From contig CAWDXG010000001.1 in the NCBI GenBank assembly GCA_963806225.1, forward strand, positions 1,280,001 to 1,344,000: 64,000 nt of DNA, written 5' to 3'. The first letter of the stretch is position 1. Each line of letters begins with the position of its first letter. This DNA comes from an uncultured delta proteobacterium. GTDB lineage: Bacteria; Myxococcota_A; Polyangia; Polyangiales; Polyangiaceae. Below are positions 23,050 through 31,794 of this stretch, piece after piece. A program made the position numbers and the translations under genes. The notes beneath the pieces are model-generated. The model had not been told where the DNA came from. It worked only from the letters and a program-made list of their open reading frames with translations, and did not search any database.

Positions 23050-23871
23050 GTGATGCCCTCGCCCGAGTCCCGCTGCGACCCTGCGGCCGCCAGCGACCGG
23101 GAGTCCTCGCCCCGGGTCGTCCAGACCCCCGCGGCAACGCCGGATAACGGCCGAACGGCCGGGGAACGAGCGACAAGTGGGCCTGATCGCGCTGTCATGG
23201 GGGTGAATAGCAGCGCCACGCGGGCGTCCAACCGGAAGGCTCGAAAGGCCGAAGCGGAGCAGGATCGTGCCCTCATCGAACAAGCCCGGAACGGCGACCG
23301 GAAGGCATTCCGGCAGCTCGTGGAGCGCCACCAGCGCAGGGCGTTCGCTATCGCCTTGGGGCTGGTGCGCGACGAGAACGACGCCCGCGACATCGTCCAG
23401 GAGGCCTTCCTCCGCGTCTACCGCGGTCTGGATTCCTTCCACGGCGGCTCGAGCTTCTTCACCTGGCTCTACCGTATTGTCACGAACCTCTCGATCGACC
23501 TCATGCGCAAGCCGTCGCGCCGCGAGTCCGCGCTGGACGAGACGCGGGAGCTCGACGAGACGAACATTCCGCTGCTCGCGCGCATCGACGGTGCCGATCC
23601 TGTCGACGCAGTCCGCCGCCGGCAGATCTCCGAGCGCATCCAGGCTTCGCTCGAGGCGCTGCCGCCCTATCATCGGGGGGTCATCCTGATGCGCGAGATC
23701 GAAGGCATGAGCTACGAGGAAATGGCCACCGCCATGGGCGTTTCCAAGGGAACGATCATGAGCCGCTTGTTCCACGCCCGACAGAAGCTGCAGCGGGCGC
23801 TCGCCGACTGCTACGAAGAGCAGCTGGGCCCACTGCCGGCCAAGTCGAGCCGGAAGCGAGGTCGCGGATGA
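23050..23871 (+). CDS. rpoE: ECF RNA polymerase sigma factor
   Basis: DARDIVQEAFLRVY, FFTWLYRIVTNLSID, GMSYEEMA...GTIMSRLFHAR. Confidence 0.92.
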   Translation: MMPSPESRCDPAAASDRESSPRVVQTPAATPDNGRTAGERATSGPDRAVMGVNSSATRASNRKARKAEAEQDRALIEQARNGDRKAFRQLVERHQRRAFAIALGLVRDENDARDIVQEAFLRVYRGLDSFHGGSSFFTWLYRIVTNLSIDLMRKPSRRESALDETRELDETNIPLLARIDGADPVDAVRRRQISERIQASLEALPPYHRGVILMREIEGMSYEEMATAMGVSKGTIMSRLFHARQKLQRALADCYEEQLGPLPAKSSRKRGRG

Positions 23872-24515
23872 GCGCGCCGACCGACGACCGCTTGATGCGG
23901 CTCTACGACGACGAGCTCGGCGCGGACGAGGCAGCTCGGCTTGAACAGCGCATTGTCGACGACCCCGAAAGCGCGGCCGTGCTGCGCGGCCTGCAGCAGG
24001 TCGGCAGCCTGTTGCGCGAGGCGGCCGCGGAGCAGGGAGCCGCCGCGGACGACATTGCGGTTCGCGTGATGGCGTGCATCGACGCGGAGGAGTCCACATC
24101 CGGTGGAGCGCCGTTGGAGGCGCCGGACAACCCCAGCAGCAGCGGGGAGTCGAATGTGACGCCTCTGCCGCGCCGCTGGCGGCACGCGGTGCCGGCTTTA
24201 GCGGGGGTGCTGGCTCTGGCCGCCGCGGCCGTGCTGGTCTTCCGCTCCGGTGCTGTGTCGCATCACCCGGCGGGGTCCACCCAAGCCAGCACCCAGGCGA
24301 TGCAGCCGCAAGAGGTCCAGAAGCCTGCGTCGCCCGCCCCGGCCGCCGCCCATCCGGTTGTGGCCGATAGCTCCCCGCCGGTGGCCATAGAGACGGTCGA
24401 CTTCGGCTCGCATGATGGGGCAATCTTCATGGTGTCGGCCGGGCAGGGTTCGACCCCGGTCGTCTGGCTGACGGATGAACCCGCCGTTCACGGCGGTAGG
24501 ACAAAACCGCTATGA
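23868..24515 (+). CDS. Membrane-anchored anti-sigma factor
   Basis: Coupled to the sigma gene (ATGA); LMRLYDDEL N-terminus, one TM, C-terminal TPVVWL. Confidence 0.75.
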   Translation: MSAPTDDRLMRLYDDELGADEAARLEQRIVDDPESAAVLRGLQQVGSLLREAAAEQGAAADDIAVRVMACIDAEESTSGGAPLEAPDNPSSSGESNVTPLPRRWRHAVPALAGVLALAAAAVLVFRSGAVSHHPAGSTQASTQAMQPQEVQKPASPAPAAAHPVVADSSPPVAIETVDFGSHDGAIFMVSAGQGSTPVVWLTDEPAVHGGRTKPL

Positions 24516-25024
24516 GACGCTCTTTCGTCGCGCTGGTCGCTGCGCTGACGCTTTCCGCGGCAACTCTGCCGGCGAACGCGCAGGGCAAGGGGAAGGCCCC
24601 GCCAGCGAAGGCCCACAAGCACACGGCCAGCAAAGCCGCGAAGTATGCGGCGGAGGTGATGGTCCTCCACGCCACCAACTCGAAGAAGGGCATCGACAAG
24701 CGCATCGGCGACATGCCGGAGCTGAAGAGGCCGCCGTTCTCGTCCTACGATAGCTACCAGCTTCTGACCCGCGCCCGGCTTCCGCTCGACAAGGGGCAGG
24801 CGAAGACCATCAAGCTGCCGAACGGGCGCGTGCTGCGCACCAAGCTGCTCGACATCCTGCCGAAGGACTACCTGCGGATCTCCGCCAGCATCAACCAGCC
24901 CAAGGGGAAGACCTTCCTGCCGCTACTCAAGGTCAAGGCGAAGGTGGGCCAGGCCTTCATCGTGGCCGGCCAGAGCTACAAAGGCGGGATCCTCGTGCTC
25001 GTGATCCGCGTCGTCAATCGCTAG
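24512..25024 (+). CDS. Secreted hypothetical protein in the sigma operon
   Basis: Signal peptide, Lys-rich beta-type domain, ATGA overlap. Confidence 0.75.
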   Translation: MRRSFVALVAALTLSAATLPANAQGKGKAPPAKAHKHTASKAAKYAAEVMVLHATNSKKGIDKRIGDMPELKRPPFSSYDSYQLLTRARLPLDKGQAKTIKLPNGRVLRTKLLDILPKDYLRISASINQPKGKTFLPLLKVKAKVGQAFIVAGQSYKGGILVLVIRVVNR

Positions 25025-26303
25025 CCGGGTCGGGCTCGCAGTCGCTGAAGTCCGGCTGGGTCTGCAGCGTCATGTTGAAGACCGAGCCGCTGCCGAGCGT
25101 GCTGGTCGCGCCGAGCGTCCCGCCGTGCGACGCGAGGATGTCGCGCACGATCGACAGTCCGAGCCCGGTGCCGCGACCGTCCGTCTTGGTCGTGAAGAAC
25201 GGTTCGAATATCTGTTCGAGCACCTCGGCCGGGATGCCGATGCCCTGGTCCTCGATCTCGACCAGCACGGCGTCGCCCCCGGAAAGCAGCCGCGTCCGCA
25301 CGGTGAGCTCACCGCCCTCGTCAAGCATCGAGTGCGCCGCATTGGTGAACAGGTTGACGAACACCTGCGTCAGCTGTCCCGCGACGCCTCGAACCGGCGG
25401 CAGTCTTGCGGCGAGGTCGCGGCGGACCGTGACGTCGCTCTCGGCAAACTCGTGCTCGCAGAACACCAGCGCCTTGTCGATGACCTCGTGCAGAGCAACC
25501 GGACCGGGCACCTCCACCGACGGGCGCGCGTAGGCGACCAGATCGCGCGAAAACTTCAGGATCCGTTCGGCGGCTTCGCCGATCCGGCGCAGGCGTTCCA
25601 CGTCGTCGTCGGCCTCACGCGCCATGGCCCGCTTCCTGAGGTAGTCGGAGTAGGCGACGATCGAGGTGAGGGGGTTGTTCAGCTCGTGCACCACGCCTGC
25701 CACGATCTGCCCGAGCGAGGCCAGCTTCTCGGCCTGGATGACCTGGGCCTGCAGCCGGCGGAGCTCATCGGAGGATTGGTGACTGCTCTGATGGTGCTGG
25801 GATCGGTAGAGCGCTGCGGTGAGCAAATCGGCGACGCGTCGCGCGATGCTCGACGCTGGGGACGTCGGCGCCAGCATCTCCACCTCGTTGCTGGCGACGT
25901 GGAACGTCGAAGTGCCGCGATCGTGACCGAGCGGAAGCACCAGCTCCCGCGCGAACGCCGCGAAGAGCCGGGTCGGGTCGGAGTCCTGGCCCGCGTGGGT
26001 GCCCGGCGGCAGGCGTCGCTCGACGACCTGCTCGCCGCTGTCGGCATCGACGATGCAGGCACCGACGGCGCACGTGCGCAGCAGACGTGCGCCTTCCTCC
26101 ACGCACGCGCGGGCCAGCGCCTCGGGCGCTTCGTCGATGCCGAGGTGGCAGGACAGGTCGAGCAGCTCGTCGAGCCAACGGTCCGCGGGGTCGGCGACGA
26201 TAGCAGGTCTGCGCGCCGATCCCACCGGTTCCAGCTCGCGCAGATCCGAGAGGCGACCGGGCGGCATGCTCGACTGCTTGTCGTCGTCCGTTCGGCCGCT
26301 CAC
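25014..26303 (-). CDS. Histidine kinase (GAF-like, HisKA, HATPase)
   Basis: GTG at 26303 overlaps the upstream stop; [44 protein letters not shown]. Confidence 0.9.
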   Translation of the reverse strand: MSGRTDDDKQSSMPPGRLSDLRELEPVGSARRPAIVADPADRWLDELLDLSCHLGIDEAPEALARACVEEGARLLRTCAVGACIVDADSGEQVVERRLPPGTHAGQDSDPTRLFAAFARELVLPLGHDRGTSTFHVASNEVEMLAPTSPASSIARRVADLLTAALYRSQHHQSSHQSSDELRRLQAQVIQAEKLASLGQIVAGVVHELNNPLTSIVAYSDYLRKRAMAREADDDVERLRRIGEAAERILKFSRDLVAYARPSVEVPGPVALHEVIDKALVFCEHEFAESDVTVRRDLAARLPPVRGVAGQLTQVFVNLFTNAAHSMLDEGGELTVRTRLLSGGDAVLVEIEDQGIGIPAEVLEQIFEPFFTTKTDGRGTGLGLSIVRDILASHGGTLGATSTLGSGSVFNMTLQTQPDFSDCEPDPASD

Positions 26304-28322
26304 CGCGGTACCTCCTTCGGGCCGGAGTCCTCCGCTGCCTTGTCCAGATCGAGGATCTTCGCGCCTCCGACGTAGCTCTTGGTCTCGTAGCGGGTGATCT
26401 TGCCGACCTTGCGCACGATGTCGGCCATGCGCTCCGACTCGCTGATGATCACCGTCGCCGCGTTCTGGAGCTGTGGGTTGTCCACCAGGTTGCGTCGGAG
26501 CAGCTCGGCGTAGCCGATGACGCTCGTGAGAGGCTGGTTGAGCTCGTGCGCCGCGGCTCCCGCCAACTCGGCGACGATGGCCTGCTTCTCCCTCGCGCGC
26601 AGCTCGTCCTGGGCCTTCATCAGGCGCGCCTCCATCCGCAGCTTCTCGCGGATGTCCGTGAAGACGCCGACGGAGCCGACGGGTCGGTCGCCATCCATGA
26701 TCAACGCTGCCGACAGGGTAACCTGGATCAGGTCGCCGCCGGAGCTGACCATGTCGACGCGGTAGTCCTCGAGGCGTCCCGGGCCGTAGAGTTCGGGGTC
26801 GCGGATGCGCCGCATCACCGAGTGGGCGACTCCGTCGGGGTACAGCTTCTCCACGGACATCCTGCCGACGACGTCGCGCGCCGAGTAGCCGAACATGCGG
26901 CTGGCAGCGCGGTTGAACAGAAGCACCTTGCCCGTCGAGATCTGCCGATACGATGCCGTCGACCGAGCTGTCGATGACGCGTTCCAGAAACTCCTTGGTC
27001 TGCTTCAGCTCGATGGCGGTCTTCCGCTCGCGGGTCACGTCGCGGAAGCTGAACAGGACGGCGTTGTCCTCGTGGAGAACCGAGCTGAAGCTCACGCTGA
27101 TGATGATCGGCTCGGTGCGGGCCGTGTTGACCTGGATGTCGACGCCGCGCGGATACACACCTTCCGTGAAGCCGCGGAGCAGACGCTCGGCGCGCGGTCT
27201 TTCGTCCTCGATGAGCAGCGAATCGAGCGTCATGCCCATGAAGTCGGTTTCGCTGAAGCCGGTGATCTCCCGGGCGCGTGGGTTGGCGAAGAGCACGTGG
27301 CCCTCCCGGTCGATGACCACCATGCCGTCGGCCGCGCTCTCGAAAAAGTCGGCATAGCGCTGGAACAGCTGGACCCGTCGCTCCGCTTCGACGCGCGCGA
27401 ATGTGCTCTGTTGCGTCTCGTCGCGCAGCGACTGCAGGATGCGCGCGTTGCGCAGCGCGATCGCCGTGGCGTTTGCGACGGTGTGTACGAGCGCCATCTC
27501 GTGGTCGGCGAAAGGTGCGGCGTGACGCGCGCGCAGGAAGATCACGCCCATCGGCTTCTGATCGTTGATGATGGGGACCAGGGCGAGCGAGATGAATTCC
27601 AGCGGTGGCTCGTGCTGCCGCACGACCTCGAGTAGCGGGTGGCGACTGGCGTCGCGGATCACCAGCGTGTGGCCGGTGTGCAGGACCTCGCGGATCTCCG
27701 GGTACTTGCCCAGGTCGAGCGGCAGGTCCCTGAGTTGCTCGTCATCGCTTGTGGCTACGACGAAGCCGACGTTGCCTGGCTCGTCGGCCAGCACGATGCT
27801 GCAGCGATCGACGTGGGCCACGTCGGCGACGCGTTGCACCACGGTGAACAGGATGTCGCGCATGTCCAGGCTCGAGGCCAGGGCCTGGGTCATCTCGAGC
27901 ACCGTTTGCGAGTCCCGTTCGCGGCGGCTCAGTCGATCGACGTACTCGCGGATCCGCATCTGTCCGCGGATGCGCGCGATCAGCTCGGCAGGCCGGAACG
28001 GCTTGTGGACGTAGTCGTCCGCCCCAGACGAAAATACCTTCTGGATCTCGTCGTCCGAGTCGAGCGCGGTCAGGACCACGACCGGCACGTCCGCCAGGTG
28101 CGGGCGCGCGCGGATGTGTCGGAGCACCGCGTATCCGTCGGGCGCCGGCATCACCAGGTCGAGCAGCACGACCGCCGGCACCGAGTTTTCCAGCCAGGCC
28201 AGCGCCTCGCCGCCGCTGCCCACCGTCACGCACCGGAGGCCGGCGCCGGCAAGCGTCTGGCCCAGGACATGACGACTGACGGCGTCGTCGTCGACGACCA
28301 GGATTGATCCTGCTGGATCCAC
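26300..28322 (-). CDS. Receiver-GAF-PAS-PAS-HisKA protein lacking HATPase (one frameshift near 26930)
   Basis: ILVVDDD...LLDLVMP...KPF receiver; PAS segments; AAAHELNQPL followed by ITRYETKSYVGGAKILDL and stop. Confidence 0.85.
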
Positions 28323-28416
28323 TGTAGTCTGATCCTAGCCGCGAAGGCCTATCCGGCGCAAACCGTGCGCCAGCGGCCTCGGTCGTCCACGAGATACTCC
28401 GATCCGGGCATCGGAA

Positions 28417-30315
28417 GTGTTGCGCACGGTGCGCTGGAAGGGCACGCTCCGGCTCGCGATGCCGGGGCCGGGGCGCCTGCCGAATCTCAGCGATCTGACA
28501 GCTTTCGCCAGGCTCTTCGAGTTCCGCACGGTCTCGCGCTGGGTCGGGCTGGGGCTTGCGATCGGTATCGTGGCAGGGCTCGGGGCGGGCGCCTTCTTCC
28601 TCGGAATGCAGTGGATCCATCACGTGGTCATCGCGGGGTGGGGGAACCTGCCGCAGCTCGAGCCCCGCGGTGAGCATTCCCTGTTCGAGACCCGGATCGA
28701 TGGCCCCGTTCGTCACTGGGTCCTGGTGCTCGCGCCGGCGGTGGGCGGGCTCATCTCGGGTTTGCTCGTCTTCACCTTCGCTCCCGAAGCGGAAGGTCAC
28801 GGCACCGACTCCATTGTCGAGGCGTTCCACCGTCACGCGGGTCGCATCCGCGCGCGGGTGCCGGTGATCAAGACCCTGGCGTCGGTGGTGCTGATCGGTA
28901 CCGGCGGCAGTGCGGGGCGCGAGGGGCCGATCGCCCAGATCGGCGCCGGCTTCGGCTCGCTGATTGCCTCGCCGCTCAGGCTGTCGGATCGCGAACGCCG
29001 TCTGATGCTGATCGCGGGTGCGGCGGGCGGCATCGGCGCGATCTTCCGCACGCCGCTGGGAGCGGCGCTGTTCCTGGTCGAAGTGCTGTACCGCGACGAT
29101 TTCGAAGTCGACGCGCTAGTGCCGGCGGTGATGAGCTCGGTGGTCGCGTATTCGGTGTTCACGATGCTGTTTCCCTCGGCGGGGACCATCTTCGCGACCG
29201 AGGGCGAGTACGTGTTCGATCCGCGTGCGCTGCCGCTGTATCTGCTGATGGCGATCGGCGCGGCGCTGGTGGGCGTCCTGTACATCAAGGTCTTCTACGG
29301 TCTGCGGGACCATGTGTTCCACAAGATCCCCATTCCGCTCGCACTCAAGCCGATGCTCGGCGGTCTCGGCGTCGGGCTGCTCGCGATGGTTGCGCCGCAG
29401 GCGCTGGGCGCTGGCTACGGATGGCTGCAGGAGGCGCTTCTGCCGAGCAAGGGCGTCCTGCCGCTCGGCTGGGCAGGCGCAGCGGTGCTCGTGGGAATTG
29501 CACTCACCAAGGTGCTCACGACTTCGCTCAGCATCTCCTCCGGGGGGTCCGGCGGGGTCTTCGGTCCGTCGGTGGTCATCGGCGGGATGGTCGGCGGCGC
29601 GTTCGGCGTTGCCTTCCACCAGCTGACGCCGACGGTGGTGCCGCAGCCCGGCGCGTTCGTGATCGTCGGCATGGCCTGCTTCTTCGGTGGGGTTGCGCAC
29701 GTGCCGGTGTCGTCGCTGGTCATGGCGAGCGAAATGACGGGCAGCTACGATCTCCTGGTCCCCCTGATGCTGGCCGAGGCGGTGACGTTCGTGATGGTGC
29801 GGCGCTGGACCCTGTACGAAAAGCAGGTTCCGACGCGGCGGGATTCGCCCGCCCATGGCGGTGAATACGTGCTCGACCTCCTTCAGGACATCCGCGTGAG
29901 CGACGTGTACGAACACGATCCCGACGTGAGGCTCGTGCGCGCTTCCGACCCGCTCGGACAGCTGCTGCGCCACGCTTCAGAGAGCACCCAGGCGGTATTC
30001 CCGATCGTGACATCCGAAAACCACATCCAGGGTCTGGTGACGCTCGAGACGCTGCGCGCGTTCTTCTTCGACGAGGACATCGGGCAGCTGGCGATCGCCG
30101 CCGACTGCGAGATGCCGTTCGTCTCGGTGGCGGAGTCCGACTCGATGGGCACGGCGCTCGAGCGCTTTGCCTCGTCCCACTACCCGCAGCTCCCCGTGGT
30201 GCACGACGATGATCCCGAGCGGATCCTGGGGCTGCTCAGCTACGAGGATCTGCTGCAGGCCTACAGCCAGGAGCTGATGCGGCGCCGGCAGCCAGTGATG
30301 CCCCGGCAGCTCTAG
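28417..30315 (+). CDS. ClC chloride/proton antiporter with CBS domains
   Basis: GHGTD, GSAGREGP, GSGGVFGP, TLY, C-terminal CBS pair. Confidence 0.92.
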   Translation: MLRTVRWKGTLRLAMPGPGRLPNLSDLTAFARLFEFRTVSRWVGLGLAIGIVAGLGAGAFFLGMQWIHHVVIAGWGNLPQLEPRGEHSLFETRIDGPVRHWVLVLAPAVGGLISGLLVFTFAPEAEGHGTDSIVEAFHRHAGRIRARVPVIKTLASVVLIGTGGSAGREGPIAQIGAGFGSLIASPLRLSDRERRLMLIAGAAGGIGAIFRTPLGAALFLVEVLYRDDFEVDALVPAVMSSVVAYSVFTMLFPSAGTIFATEGEYVFDPRALPLYLLMAIGAALVGVLYIKVFYGLRDHVFHKIPIPLALKPMLGGLGVGLLAMVAPQALGAGYGWLQEALLPSKGVLPLGWAGAAVLVGIALTKVLTTSLSISSGGSGGVFGPSVVIGGMVGGAFGVAFHQLTPTVVPQPGAFVIVGMACFFGGVAHVPVSSLVMASEMTGSYDLLVPLMLAEAVTFVMVRRWTLYEKQVPTRRDSPAHGGEYVLDLLQDIRVSDVYEHDPDVRLVRASDPLGQLLRHASESTQAVFPIVTSENHIQGLVTLETLRAFFFDEDIGQLAIAADCEMPFVSVAESDSMGTALERFASSHYPQLPVVHDDDPERILGLLSYEDLLQAYSQELMRRRQPVMPRQL

Positions 30316-31712
30316 CCCTGACCGCCGCCGCCGTTCGTTCCGCTGCTGCCGCCCGGCGGTACCACCGGGCCGGCGGGCGGCTGCTGCAGCGGGTGGACCC
30401 GCGTTGCGTCGCCCTCTTGCGGCTGCGCCGGAGGTTGTGCTGGCTGTTCGATGCGGTAGTTCGTGGGCGGCCCCGCCGGGCCGTCGGGCGGCGCCGCGCC
30501 TGCGGCTTCGAGCGCGCGCTTCTTGACGATCGGAAAACCGACAGCGAACACCAGGATGGTCGTGAACACGCAGGCGAACACGACGACCGGCAGGTTTTCC
30601 GTGCCCTTGATGCCGGCGGCGACCGGAAGCGTCGCGAGCACGCCCGCCGCCATGCCGCGCGGCATCGAGACCGCAGCCATGCGCTTCTGGTCCGGATCCA
30701 GATCGCTCGCAAGGGTCGCCAGATACACGCTGGGGATGCGCGCTCCGAAAAGAACCACCCCCAACAGGATCCCCAGCACGATCAGCGAGAACGGCGGCCC
30801 TAGCATCGCACCGATAAACACGAAGAAGAAGGACTTGATGATGAACGCCATCTGGCGGTGGAACCCGCGCACGCTGGTGTCGAGCTCCACCGGGATGGCG
30901 AGCCCGATCTTCCGCGACAGGGACGGCGCGTTGCCGAGGATCACCGCTACGGCGAGGATGCCCATGGCCGCGCTGCCGCCCGCTCGATCGATGAGCACGT
31001 AGAGGATCAGCAATACTGAAAGAGTGATCGGATAGGCATGCTCGCTGTTCTTGAGAAACCTGAGGAACAGGAGCCAGACGAGCCCCGCCACCAGGCCGAT
31101 CGCGAGCCCGATGCCGAATGACCTGAGCAGGCTCACGACGGGCCCCGCCGCGCCGCCCGTTCCATGCACCATCACGTCGACCAGCGCGCTGGTCCCCACG
31201 ACGCACAGGGCGTCAGTCAGTGCCGATTCGAGGTTGACCAGGTTTGCGAGCTTGGGTTCCACGCGCGCCTGCGACATGGCGGGCATGATGATGATCGAGC
31301 TCGATCCTCCGAGAATGGCGCCGAGCATCCAGCCGTGCATCCAGGTCCAGCTGTCCGGCAGCCAGCCGACCAGCGCCGCCAGCATGCTCAGGACCGCGAT
31401 CGCGGATGCCGAGAGCGCGAAGCTCGATATCGCGAGCAGACTGGACCGCGGCGCGGCGCGCGACAGCTCCGGAATCTTGAGAGCGGTGCCGCCTTCGAAC
31501 AGCACGATCACGAGCGTGATCGCGGCAAAGTAGGGAGCGATCGTGTTGAGCTGCGGCCGCGTGACCAGGCCGCTCACGGGCCCGAGCAGGATTCCGGCGA
31601 GGATCAGCCACACCACATCCGGGATGTTGGTGCGCTGGAAGATGATCTCGCCCAGTGCGCCGATCAGGAAAATGCCGGCGACGGCGAGCAGGAAGACCGC
31701 GACGCTGTTCAT
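30312..31712 (-). CDS. CPA1/NhaP-type cation:proton antiporter
   Basis: About 12 TM segments, IVLFEGG, LESALTD, MPRG. Confidence 0.88.
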   Translation of the reverse strand: MNSVAVFLLAVAGIFLIGALGEIIFQRTNIPDVVWLILAGILLGPVSGLVTRPQLNTIAPYFAAITLVIVLFEGGTALKIPELSRAAPRSSLLAISSFALSASAIAVLSMLAALVGWLPDSWTWMHGWMLGAILGGSSSIIIMPAMSQARVEPKLANLVNLESALTDALCVVGTSALVDVMVHGTGGAAGPVVSLLRSFGIGLAIGLVAGLVWLLFLRFLKNSEHAYPITLSVLLILYVLIDRAGGSAAMGILAVAVILGNAPSLSRKIGLAIPVELDTSVRGFHRQMAFIIKSFFFVFIGAMLGPPFSLIVLGILLGVVLFGARIPSVYLATLASDLDPDQKRMAAVSMPRGMAAGVLATLPVAAGIKGTENLPVVVFACVFTTILVFAVGFPIVKKRALEAAGAAPPDGPAGPPTNYRIEQPAQPPAQPQEGDATRVHPLQQPPAGPVVPPGGSSGTNGGGGQG

Positions 31713-31794
31713 GGCGTGACGGCGACTCTAGTCCAGCAGGGCGCGATTGTGGAACAGTGCGATGCGTTGGCCTCGCCGTAGCCCGGTGTTCCCG

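Noticed and set aside
25014..28322. Apparent 1102-aa hybrid kinase
   Set aside because: The middle segment is out-of-frame junk from the indel near 26930; two genes overlap at 26300-26303
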